A DNA stretch of 64,000 bases, from contig JBAYLH010000006.1 of assembly GCA_041664165.1 (NCBI GenBank), positions 143-64,142 on the forward strand, written 5' to 3'. The notes below the pieces were generated by a model. It ran no database searches. It was not told where the DNA came from and saw only the letters and a list, made by a program, of their open reading frames with translations. Source of the stretch: Candidatus Buchananbacteria bacterium (lineage in GTDB: Bacteria; Patescibacteriota; Patescibacteriia; Buchananbacterales; UBA6539). Positions 55,662-64,000 of this stretch are shown one piece after another (position 1 is the first letter of the stretch; every line of letters starts with the position of its first letter). Both the position numbers and the translations under genes were made by a program.

Positions 55662-58643
55662 ATGCCTAGGAAAAATCAAATTAACGCCATTTGTCTTTCG
55701 TCGGTTCAGGGCGATGAACAATATCGGCTTTTATTTAATCATATTCCCGACGCGGTTGTCATTGCCGATTATCACGGCTGGATTTTAAATGTTAACGAGG
55801 CGGCTTGCCAGTTATTCGGCTACCCCAAAAAAGAATTATTGTCCATGAGTATTAAAGCCTTGCATCCCAAAGCTTCGCGCCGATCAACTTTTGCTTTATT
55901 CAAGCAAATTGTCAAAAGAAGATCTCGAAGCTTGTTTGACATTGATATTATCACCAAAGGCGGCCAAGTCAGGCATACCAACTTAAATGTCAATTTGATC
56001 GAGTCGGCCGGTCAAACCAGATTGATGGGAATTTTTCGGGATGTTACCGAAAAAAAAGAAACGGAGCGGCGCTATGAAACTTTAGCCAAAATGGCCAATG
56101 ACAGTATTTATTTGTTGAATAAAGACGGCGTGGTTATTTATGTCAATGAATTCGGCGCCAAACAGCTTAACGCCAAGCCGGCTGAAATTATCGGTCAAAA
56201 GATAAAGGCTTTGTTCCCGCCGGCAATTTATAGACGGCAGAAAAATAATCTGGATCAAGTTTTCAAAACCGGCCGGCCAAGCTACTATGAAAATTTGTCA
56301 TCTTTTTCTTTCAGACCGGTTTGGCTTTCAACCAAATTAACGCCGATAAAAGATCAGCGAGGCGGAGTTGAAAGCGTGATGGGTCTGTCGCGCAATATTT
56401 CGGAAAGCTACGCTATTCAAACAAATCTAAAACAAGAAACTTCATTGTTGAATTCCATCACTCAGACATCGCTGGAAGGCATTTTGGTAATTAGTAAGGC
56501 CGGCAAGGTCGTCTTCTGCAACCAGCAGTTTCTTAATTTATGGAAAATTCCGAATAGATTGGCAAGTTTGAAAGATGACAAAAAATTATTGGCTTATGTC
56601 GTCAGTCAATTGGCCAAGCCGAAGGAATTTTTAGCTAAAGTTAATTATCTTTACCGCCACCCTTCATTAACTTCGTCTGATCAGATAAATTTTAAAGATG
56701 GCCGGGTGTTTGACCGGCAATCGATTCCGCAAAGTATCGACGGGAAAATCGTCGGCCGAGTTTGGCGCTTTAATGATATTACCGAAAACCAAGAACGTCA
56801 AAACCAGCTGGTTTTATCCGAGCAAAAGTATCGCCGCTTATTTGAGGCGGCAAAGGATGGCATCCTTATCCTTGATGCCGAAACCGGAGAAATCAGGGAA
56901 GTTAACCCGTATTTAATTCAGATGCTGGGCTATAGCCATAAGGAATTTTTGAAACGGAAGCTCTGGGAAATTGGTTTATTTAAAGACATCGTTGCTTCCA
57001 AAGAATCATTTGAGCAATTGAAACGCAAAAAATACATCCATTACGAAAATCTGCCTTTGCGGACGAAATCGGGCATGACTTTTCACGTGGAGTTTGTCAG
57101 TAATGTGTACCTGATTGACCATACGAAAGTTGTCCAGTGCAACATTCGCGATATTACCGCGCGGTATGAAGCGGAAGAGAATTTAGCCAATAACGAAGCC
57201 CGTTTCCGGGCGATTTATGAAAATAGTCCGGTGCCGATTTTTTTAATCGGGTTGGACGGCCGTTTTTTAAATGTGAATTTAGCCGCCGTTAAAATGCTTC
57301 AGTATTCGCAAAAGGAATTGCAAAAATTAACTTTCGGCGATATTACCCATCCGGAGGAAGTTAAAAGGGATGTGGCAAAAGTCAAAGAATTGATAAGCGG
57401 TAAAATTTCCAACTATGACATGGAAAAGCGCTACCTACGAAAAGACAAAAAAATTATTTATGTCCATATTAGCGCCACTCTGGTTAGAGACGTCAAAAAC
57501 AAACCGGCATATTTTTTGACGATTGTCGAAGACGTTACGGATCATCATGAGTATTTGGAAAGAATCCGGCAATCGGAAATAAAGTACAGCACTCTGGTGG
57601 AAAACAGCAATGATGCGGTTTTAGTCATTCAAGATGGACTATACAAATTTGCCAATAAAAGTTCGGAAAATATTACCGGCTATAAAGCTAAAGAGGTGCT
57701 GGGCAAGCCGCTGATAGATTTCGTATCGCCTAAAGATAAAAAAAGGGTGATGGATATATATGTTAAGAGAATGAGGGGCGAACAAGTGCCTAGCCGGTAT
57801 GAATTTGAGGTTGTAAAAAGAGATGGCAGTTTGCTGCCGATCGAAGTCAGCAGCTCGGTCGTGGAATTCGACGGCCAGCCGGCGGTAATGGCGATTATTC
57901 GCGATATCACTAAAGCCAGGGAAATTGACCGGGTAAAATCGGAATTCATTTCGGTTGCTTCGCATCAATTGCGCGGGCCGCTGACCGGCATTAAATGGTT
58001 TAGCCAGCTATTGATAGACGAAAAGGCGGGCAAACTAACACCCAAGCAATTTGATTTTCTAAGGCAGGTTTACAACAGCAATGAACGGATGATCAGCTTG
58101 GTTAATGATCTGCTTGATGTTTCCCGCATTGAAACCGGGCAAAAATTCGTACTTGAAAAAAAACCAGGCGATATCGTTATTTTGATAAATAATGTAATTA
58201 AAGATCAAAGGATTAATTTGCCGGTAGAAAATATAAGCATAAAGTTTGACAGATCTTTTCCCGATAAACTGGTTTTTAATTTCGACCAAGGTAAAATTTA
58301 TCAAGCTTTTTCCAACTTAATCAGCAATTCGATCAAGTATTCCGGCAAGGATAAAAAAATAATTATCGGCCTAAAGCGTTTGGGCGACAAGGTTGAGTTT
58401 TTTGTTAAAGATTTCGGTTTCGGCATCCCTCAAAATCAGCAAAGCCGGGTCTTTCAGAAATTTTTTAGAGCCGACAATACCGCCAACATATCGACCGAAG
58501 GCACGGGCTTGGGTCTTTATATCGTCAAAGGCATCGTGGAGGCTCACGGCGGCAAAGTCTGGTTTGAATCGGCGGAGAATAAAGGAACAACTTTTTATAT
58601 CGTTTTGCCGCTGAAAAATCAAAAAAATCCCGATATTAAATAA
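55662..58643 (+). CDS. Cytoplasmic multi-PAS sensor histidine kinase
   Basis: At least 5 PAS/PAC repeats, HisKA (SHQLRGPLT) and HATPase_c (GTGLGLYIVKGIVEAHGGKVW). No TM segments. Confidence 0.85.
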   Translation: MPRKNQINAICLSSVQGDEQYRLLFNHIPDAVVIADYHGWILNVNEAACQLFGYPKKELLSMSIKALHPKASRRSTFALFKQIVKRRSRSLFDIDIITKGGQVRHTNLNVNLIESAGQTRLMGIFRDVTEKKETERRYETLAKMANDSIYLLNKDGVVIYVNEFGAKQLNAKPAEIIGQKIKALFPPAIYRRQKNNLDQVFKTGRPSYYENLSSFSFRPVWLSTKLTPIKDQRGGVESVMGLSRNISESYAIQTNLKQETSLLNSITQTSLEGILVISKAGKVVFCNQQFLNLWKIPNRLASLKDDKKLLAYVVSQLAKPKEFLAKVNYLYRHPSLTSSDQINFKDGRVFDRQSIPQSIDGKIVGRVWRFNDITENQERQNQLVLSEQKYRRLFEAAKDGILILDAETGEIREVNPYLIQMLGYSHKEFLKRKLWEIGLFKDIVASKESFEQLKRKKYIHYENLPLRTKSGMTFHVEFVSNVYLIDHTKVVQCNIRDITARYEAEENLANNEARFRAIYENSPVPIFLIGLDGRFLNVNLAAVKMLQYSQKELQKLTFGDITHPEEVKRDVAKVKELISGKISNYDMEKRYLRKDKKIIYVHISATLVRDVKNKPAYFLTIVEDVTDHHEYLERIRQSEIKYSTLVENSNDAVLVIQDGLYKFANKSSENITGYKAKEVLGKPLIDFVSPKDKKRVMDIYVKRMRGEQVPSRYEFEVVKRDGSLLPIEVSSSVVEFDGQPAVMAIIRDITKAREIDRVKSEFISVASHQLRGPLTGIKWFSQLLIDEKAGKLTPKQFDFLRQVYNSNERMISLVNDLLDVSRIETGQKFVLEKKPGDIVILINNVIKDQRINLPVENISIKFDRSFPDKLVFNFDQGKIYQAFSNLISNSIKYSGKDKKIIIGLKRLGDKVEFFVKDFGFGIPQNQQSRVFQKFFRADNTANISTEGTGLGLYIVKGIVEAHGGKVWFESAENKGTTFYIVLPLKNQKNPDIK

Positions 58644-58667
58644 TAATTTAATAAGATTGCAAAAACT

Positions 58668-59039
58668 ATGAAAAAAATTCTGTTAATCATTGATGATGAG
58701 CCGACCGTTCTTGAAGCCCTATCATCACAGTTTGATCAAGAAAAGGTCAGCGTTTTAACGGCTAAAGACGGCCAAGAAGGCTTAAAAATTGCTTTGGAAA
58801 ATCATCCGGATTTGATTTTGCTTGATTTGATAATGCCTAAAATGGACGGGATGACGATGCTAACCAAATTAAGAGATGACGAATGGGGCAAAACCGCCGA
58901 GGTAATAATTTTAACTAACTTAAGCGATGCCCAAAAAGTCGCCGAAGCGGTCGATCGCGGCACTTATGAATATTTAGTCAAAGTAAATTGGAATGTCAGC
59001 GACGTGGTTAATAAAGTTAAGAATAAATTGGGCTTGTAA
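58668..59039 (+). CDS. Stand-alone response-regulator receiver protein
   Basis: REC domain with LILLDLIMPKMDG, 123 aa, 25 nt after the kinase gene. Confidence 0.8.
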   Translation: MKKILLIIDDEPTVLEALSSQFDQEKVSVLTAKDGQEGLKIALENHPDLILLDLIMPKMDGMTMLTKLRDDEWGKTAEVIILTNLSDAQKVAEAVDRGTYEYLVKVNWNVSDVVNKVKNKLGL

Positions 59040-59240
59040 TTTGTTTTTCGGTTTTTCTTGTCTTGGCAAAGGGGATACCCCCAGAGAAGGAAGCTGACGC
59101 TGGGAAAACAGTTGAAATAATTAGAATTTCAAATATTGCAAAATATCGCTAAAATTTGCGAAGATTATAAGGGAGAGGGTATAATATAAATAAGGTAAGA
59201 TTAGTTTAAATATACAAAATTACTCTTAAAAATCAAATTT

Positions 59241-60440
59241 ATGAAAAAATTTGTTAAAGGTTCAGCCTCAGCATTAGCTGTTTTTTTTGTGTTTGTTCTG
59301 ATTGGAACAAACACCGTGCTTGCGGCTACGTCGCCATCTCTTGGATTGGCGGCCACCTATGGTGTTCTCGGTAGCACCTATACCAACACAACGGCAGGAA
59401 CGACGATCACCGGAGATATCGGATTTACCACCGGACCAGCGGTTGCTCCCTTGGGCGTTCACACAAACTACGGATCTGGCGCTCCGTATGCTACGGCCGG
59501 CACAGATCAGGGCAGTGCCTTATCTAGTTTGGCTTCTCAGCCGTGTACATTTACTTTTGCGCCCGGAGCGATTAATCTCTCTACTGATACGACCCACGGT
59601 GCTATCGGTGTGTATGCTCCCGGAGTATATTGCAGTACGGGGGCGATGAATGTAGGCGGTCCGCTTACTCTTAGTGGCAGTGGAACGTACATTTTCAGAC
59701 CCGATGGCGCGCTTAATTCGACGGCCGGCGCGGTTGTTACTTTGGCTGGTGCCTCAGCTTGCGATGTTTTTTGGACACCAACAGCGGCGACAACACTTGC
59801 CGCCAATACGACGTTTGTGGGAACAGTAATTGATAATTCTGGTATTACCGTGGGTGCTAATACTACGTGGACAGGAAGAGCCTTGACGTATGGCGGAACG
59901 GTTACGACCGATACGGACACCATTACCGTACCGACTTGCGCGGTCTCCCCAGCCACTCTCCATATCATCAAAACAGTTATTAACGACAATGGCGGCACCA
60001 CAGCTGCTTCCAGTTTTAATCTACATGTAAAACTTTCCGGGACTGACGTTTCAGGAAGTCCGGCAAGTGGAACGGCTTCGCCCGGAACTTCTTATTCACT
60101 GGCTGCCGGTACGTATGTAGTGAGTGAAGATTCAAATGCCTCTTATACGCAAAGTTTCAGCGGGGATTGTAATTCAAGTGGCAGTGTGACGCTGGCTGCC
60201 GGCGACAACAAGACTTGTACGATTACCAATAATGACATCGCGGCTGTGGTCGTTCCACCGACCCCAACGCCCACGCCAACACCTACACCTACACCTACGC
60301 CTACACCTACGCCCAGTCTTCCAAATACGGGAATCGATCCTAGCAGCAGTAGCAGTGTTTCCTGGAATGTTATTATTCCGATTGGTATTTTTGTTGTTCT
60401 ATTTTCGCTCTACCTGGCGCGAAAGAAATTGGCAATTTAA
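59241..60440 (+). CDS. Secreted DUF3494 (ice-binding-like beta-helix) protein with (PT)n linker and LPNTG sortase signal
   Basis: Signal peptide, LGLAATYGVLGSTYTNT...GDIG N-terminal DUF3494 signature, PTPTPTPTPTPTPTPTP, and LPNTG + TM + RKK. Confidence 0.7.
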   Translation: MKKFVKGSASALAVFFVFVLIGTNTVLAATSPSLGLAATYGVLGSTYTNTTAGTTITGDIGFTTGPAVAPLGVHTNYGSGAPYATAGTDQGSALSSLASQPCTFTFAPGAINLSTDTTHGAIGVYAPGVYCSTGAMNVGGPLTLSGSGTYIFRPDGALNSTAGAVVTLAGASACDVFWTPTAATTLAANTTFVGTVIDNSGITVGANTTWTGRALTYGGTVTTDTDTITVPTCAVSPATLHIIKTVINDNGGTTAASSFNLHVKLSGTDVSGSPASGTASPGTSYSLAAGTYVVSEDSNASYTQSFSGDCNSSGSVTLAAGDNKTCTITNNDIAAVVVPPTPTPTPTPTPTPTPTPTPSLPNTGIDPSSSSSVSWNVIIPIGIFVVLFSLYLARKKLAI

Positions 60441-60456
60441 CCTAAGTATTGCATGT

Positions 60457-62628
60457 ATGAAAATATTTAATAGAAATTCAATATTAACCATATTAGTCAT
60501 TTTCTTTATGCTTGTTGCGCTCGGCCTAGCTGGGCCGAACGTTGTTTTAGCGGCGGCTACTGCGCCCACTTTGGGTAACGCGGCAAGTTTTGCGGTTTTG
60601 GGCGCCTCGACCGTGACAAATACTGGATCTACGGTTCTCCATGGCGATCTCGGACTTAGCCCGGGTACTTCAATCACTGGTTTTTTTGGAACCGTTGCAA
60701 ATGACGGCCCGGGAGTTTTTACCGGACATGCGGTTCATCAAACCGATGCAACGGCTGGTTTGGCGCAGACGGCTGCTACTAGCGCCTACGGTGATCTCAA
60801 TCAGGGGTGCGACTTTGGCCCCTTTGGTCCGACCGATTTAGCCGGACAAACGCTTGTTCCGGGCGTTTATTGTTATTCATCGTCGGTTCAGATATCGTCG
60901 GGAGGAGTGCTCACTCTTAATGCCCAGGGCAACCCCAATGCCGTTTGGGTCTTTAAAATTGGCAGTACACTCACAACTATTTCGGGCGCCTCGGTTGTAT
61001 TTAGTAATCCAGGCGTAGGTACTCCGGGTTGCAACGTGTATTGGCAAGTTGGCAGTTCAGCGACTCTCGGTACAACCACGACGTTTGTTGGAACCATTAT
61101 TGCAGCTGACGATATTACGCTGAATACCGGCGCAACCGTAAGCGGCAGAGTCTTGGCGCGCGGCGTGGCCGCTGATGGTGCCGTAACTTTGGATACCAAC
61201 ACCATTACCGTGCCGACCTGCGCAGCCGTTCCGTCTTTAACTCTCAACAAAATTTTAGTCAAAGACAACGGCGGCACCGCTGTTGAATCAGATTGGACTT
61301 TAACGGCAACTGGCCCGATAACTTTGACTGGTTCTGGTGCCGCTGGCTCTACTGACGTAGTCAGCGACGGCACTTTTTCAGCCGGCACCTACACCTTATC
61401 TGAATCAGGACCAGCGGGTTACAGTACTTCCTTATGGACATGCACGAATGGTATTACTGTTGCTAGCGGCCAAATTACTCTGGCCAATGGACAGTCAACA
61501 GTCTGTACAATCACTAATGATGATATCGCGCCTCAACTCATTGTGAACAAGGTTATCGTTAATGATAGCGGCGGCACTAAGGCGATTTCTGATTTTCCGC
61601 TCTTTATCGACGGCAGTAGCGTGGTATCGGGAGTCGCAAGTACTACTGTGACAGGATTACACACAGTTTCCGAAACTTCTGATTCTGATTATGTGGCCAC
61701 CATTAGCGGCAATTGCGCTGCGGATGGTACGATTACTCTTGCATTGGGTGATGTGAAGACCTGTACCATCACTAACAACGACATCGCACCAGTTTCATCA
61801 GGTGGCGGCGGAGGTGGCGGCAATGCGCCTGTACCACCTCTTATTGATGTAGTAAAAGTACCCAGCCCTTTAGCCCTACCAGGTGGTTCAGGTTTGGTAA
61901 AATACACTTACACCCTTCGCAATATCGGAACGGTTCCGGTGAGCAATGTAACAATGGTCGGCGACACTTGCAGTCCTATAACATTAATTTCTGGTGATGC
62001 TAATGCCGACGCCAGGCTCGATTTGAATGAAACTTGGATCTACACCTGTTCCAAGACGCTTTCAGAAACTCACACGAACATTGTTACGGCGACTGGCTGG
62101 GCTAATGGCATAAGTGCAACCGATATCGCCAACGCGACGGTTGTTGTCGGCTTACCGGTCGTGCCACCCTTAATTCATGTAACCAAAGTTCCCAATCCGC
62201 TGACGTTGCCGGCCGGCGAAGGAATGGTTACCTACGCCAATAAAGTTACCAACCCGGGAACAGTCGCCTTAAGCAATATCAGTCTTTCTGATGATAAATG
62301 TAGCCCTGTGGGATATATTTCCGGCGACACAAACAGCGATTCAAAACTTGATATCACGGAGACGTGGACCTATACCTGTCGCATGAGACTTACTAAAACC
62401 ACGACAAACACCGTTACCGCCAAAGGTGAAGCCAATGGTCTGATGGCGAGAGATTTCGCGATTGCGACCGTGGTTGTGGCTCCTACCGTTGCAGCTACTG
62501 CCGTTCCGGCACTGCCGGATGCAGGGATTGCCCCTGACCAGAAAGGTATTTCATGGAATATCATTATACTCTTTAGCATCCTCATATTAGTTTTAACTTC
62601 GTTTATTATAATTCCCCGCCTGCGCTGA
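60457..62628 (+). CDS. Secreted DUF3494 (ice-binding-like) protein with tandem Ig-like domains, Gly7 linker and LPDAG-type sorting signal
   Basis: Start at MKIFNRNSILTILVIFF (signal peptide). LGNAASFAVLGASTVTNT...GDLG is paralogous to 59241. C-terminal LPDAG + TM + PRLR. The ORF-track N-extension from 60232 is an alternative frame of the (PT)n repeat. Confidence 0.7.
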   Translation: MKIFNRNSILTILVIFFMLVALGLAGPNVVLAAATAPTLGNAASFAVLGASTVTNTGSTVLHGDLGLSPGTSITGFFGTVANDGPGVFTGHAVHQTDATAGLAQTAATSAYGDLNQGCDFGPFGPTDLAGQTLVPGVYCYSSSVQISSGGVLTLNAQGNPNAVWVFKIGSTLTTISGASVVFSNPGVGTPGCNVYWQVGSSATLGTTTTFVGTIIAADDITLNTGATVSGRVLARGVAADGAVTLDTNTITVPTCAAVPSLTLNKILVKDNGGTAVESDWTLTATGPITLTGSGAAGSTDVVSDGTFSAGTYTLSESGPAGYSTSLWTCTNGITVASGQITLANGQSTVCTITNDDIAPQLIVNKVIVNDSGGTKAISDFPLFIDGSSVVSGVASTTVTGLHTVSETSDSDYVATISGNCAADGTITLALGDVKTCTITNNDIAPVSSGGGGGGGNAPVPPLIDVVKVPSPLALPGGSGLVKYTYTLRNIGTVPVSNVTMVGDTCSPITLISGDANADARLDLNETWIYTCSKTLSETHTNIVTATGWANGISATDIANATVVVGLPVVPPLIHVTKVPNPLTLPAGEGMVTYANKVTNPGTVALSNISLSDDKCSPVGYISGDTNSDSKLDITETWTYTCRMRLTKTTTNTVTAKGEANGLMARDFAIATVVVAPTVAATAVPALPDAGIAPDQKGISWNIIILFSILILVLTSFIIIPRLR

Positions 62629-62786
62629 AGCTTCCGCCTCCGCTGATGCTTCGGTGGACAAGTCGGCGGGCAGGTAATAAAATATATAATCTAGGCGGCA
62701 GGATTAACAAATGTGCTCAGTAATGGATTTCTTTTGGAGGTAAGAAAGGCTCCGCTTAGACGGAGCCTTTCTATTGTTGATTATTT

Positions 62787-63812
62787 ATGCCATCGAAAAT
62801 CTCATTAAAACAGCCATTGTTAATTGCCAGTATTGTGGGAATTGTATTTTATTCAGTAATTATTTTATTTCTGATTTTTGGTTCGCCTGTTCAGGGTTCT
62901 GATACAAAGCCCGCCTCACCGACCAATAGTCAGGCTTTGCAAAATTTAATTGACGGAAAGTCAGTCGAAGCTATCTGGGGTATCACTTTTCCAAAACAAC
63001 CGAGCCTGCCTGCCGGCCAGGCAGGTGCGGGGCTGCCAATTCGTCTAAAAATTCCAAAGATTAATATTAATATTGCTCTTGAGTCGGTAGGTCTTACGCC
63101 TCAGGGAGCGGTGGATGTACCAAAAGACCCCGCTAACGCTGCCTGGTTTAATCTCGGGTCGCGTCCCGGAGATAATGGTAGTGCCGTTATTACCGGCCAT
63201 TATGGCTGGTGGAAAGACGGTACGTCCGGGATATTTAATAATTTATCTAAATTAAAAAAGGGAGACAAAATATACGTCCAGGATGACAAAGGAACAATTA
63301 TTACCTTTGTGATTAGTGAATTTCAGACGTATGATCCGAATGCGGATGTTCCAGAAGTGTTTAACTCAAATGACGGAAAAGTACACCTTAATCTCATCAC
63401 CTGCGAAGGAGTTTGGAATAAAAGTGCCAAACAGTATTCCAAGCGGTTAGTGGTGTTTGCCGATAAAGAAGAAGTAAACAGCAGCAATCTGATCGCATTT
63501 GCTGGCGTGATGTCCGCAGCATCTGCCCCGGCTGTTGTGACGCCTGCCCCCGCGGCTCCCGCGGCCTGCACTACTGCCGCCACTTTTACCAAGTTTTTGT
63601 CTTTTGGGAGTACTCAAAAGCAGGTTCGCCAGCTTCAAAATCTCCTGCAGTGTCTGGGCTACTTTCCGGCCGATGTCGCGCCGACTGGCTATTTCGGTCA
63701 GGCGACCGAAGATTCAGTCAAAAAATTTCAATCGGCAAACGGCATTGAAGCTGCTGGTTATGTGGGACCAGCTACTCGCTCGGCTCTTAATCATTATGTC
63801 GTGATGAAATAA
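62787..63812 (+). CDS. Sortase (TLxTC cysteine transpeptidase) fused to a C-terminal peptidoglycan-binding domain (PG_binding_1-like)
   Basis: N-terminal TM anchor, LNLITCEG catalytic Cys motif, and C-terminal LQNLLQCLGYFPADVAPTGYFGQATEDSVKKFQSANGIEAAGYVGPATRSAL. Confidence 0.7.
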   Translation: MPSKISLKQPLLIASIVGIVFYSVIILFLIFGSPVQGSDTKPASPTNSQALQNLIDGKSVEAIWGITFPKQPSLPAGQAGAGLPIRLKIPKININIALESVGLTPQGAVDVPKDPANAAWFNLGSRPGDNGSAVITGHYGWWKDGTSGIFNNLSKLKKGDKIYVQDDKGTIITFVISEFQTYDPNADVPEVFNSNDGKVHLNLITCEGVWNKSAKQYSKRLVVFADKEEVNSSNLIAFAGVMSAASAPAVVTPAPAAPAACTTAATFTKFLSFGSTQKQVRQLQNLLQCLGYFPADVAPTGYFGQATEDSVKKFQSANGIEAAGYVGPATRSALNHYVVMK

Positions 63813-64000
63813 GAGATTAAGTTTTTTAAAAGGGTTTAATTAATTATTATACCATCGTGAGCTTGCTCCGAGGTTACTTTGCAAGGAAGAGTTTGAGAAA
63901 CCATCGGTTTTTCAATGAAAAAATATTCCTTACTATACCTCGTCAGCTTGCTGCGAGGTAGTTGATTTAAAACAAGCCTATTATTGATGTGTAATATAAT

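Noticed and set aside
60232-60456. N-terminal 75-aa extension of the second DUF3494 gene (MTSRLWSFHRPQRPRQHLHLHL...)
   Set aside because: The extension is an out-of-frame reading of the (PT)n linker and 3' end of the upstream gene. The ATG at 60457 gives a canonical signal peptide.

Overview
The window reads as a chromosomal segment of a small-genome bacterium with roughly 40-48% GC in coding DNA and AT-rich spacers. The gene content suggests a Patescibacteria/CPR-type genome, but that is an inference from the gene set only. The layout, left to right: (1) The 3' end of the 23S rRNA is split by a group I intron (57-818) that carries a single-motif LAGLIDADG homing-endonuclease ORF, and the 5S rRNA follows it. 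(2) An amino-sugar and glycolysis neighbourhood holds nagB, a ribbon-helix-helix-nucleotidyltransferase fusion, gap, a TrmB-family regulator, glmS, a GlmU-like pair split over two genes, and a PHP-domain protein. (3) A hotspot around tRNA genes (13.1-15.7 kb) holds tRNA-Ala, tRNA-Val(UAC) and tRNA-Leu(GAG) plus several decayed copies of tRNA ends. (4) A housekeeping block runs on the minus strand: rplS, gmk, rluD-like, cca. (5) A GC-rich (about 55-58%) block (19.2-26.1 kb) holds homologs of purM, an in-frame-interrupted purN, a purS-purL fusion and purQ. It ends at a structured REP-like element and is followed by tRNA-Ile(UAU) and tRNA-Val(GAC). (6) Next come an nrnA-like gene, tyrS, a receiver-only response regulator, a small sigma-4-like ORF, pilT, gpmI, a GT4 glycosyltransferase, a second GC-rich orphan gene that ends at an inverted copy of the same REP-like element, an MFS transporter, amt, mgtA, a cytochrome b5-like protein, a DEAD-box helicase, a flavoprotein and a protein with a PEP-utilizer swivel domain. 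(7) A second tRNA hotspot follows (tRNA-His, a pseudo-tRNA-His, tRNA-Arg). (8) The window ends with a signalling and surface locus (48.3-63.8 kb): two REC-only proteins, two membrane proteins with a shared N-terminus (one is a 1876-aa adhesin), a multi-PAS histidine kinase, another REC-only protein, two LPXTG-type DUF3494 beta-helix proteins, and a sortase fused to a peptidoglycan-binding domain. I found no CRISPR array, transposase or integrase. The points I would look at again are the GC-rich pur-like island with its interrupted purN, the REP-like element that ends both GC-rich blocks, the decayed tRNA copies, a short lysine/alanine-rich gene the ORF track missed, and the regulated sortase locus.
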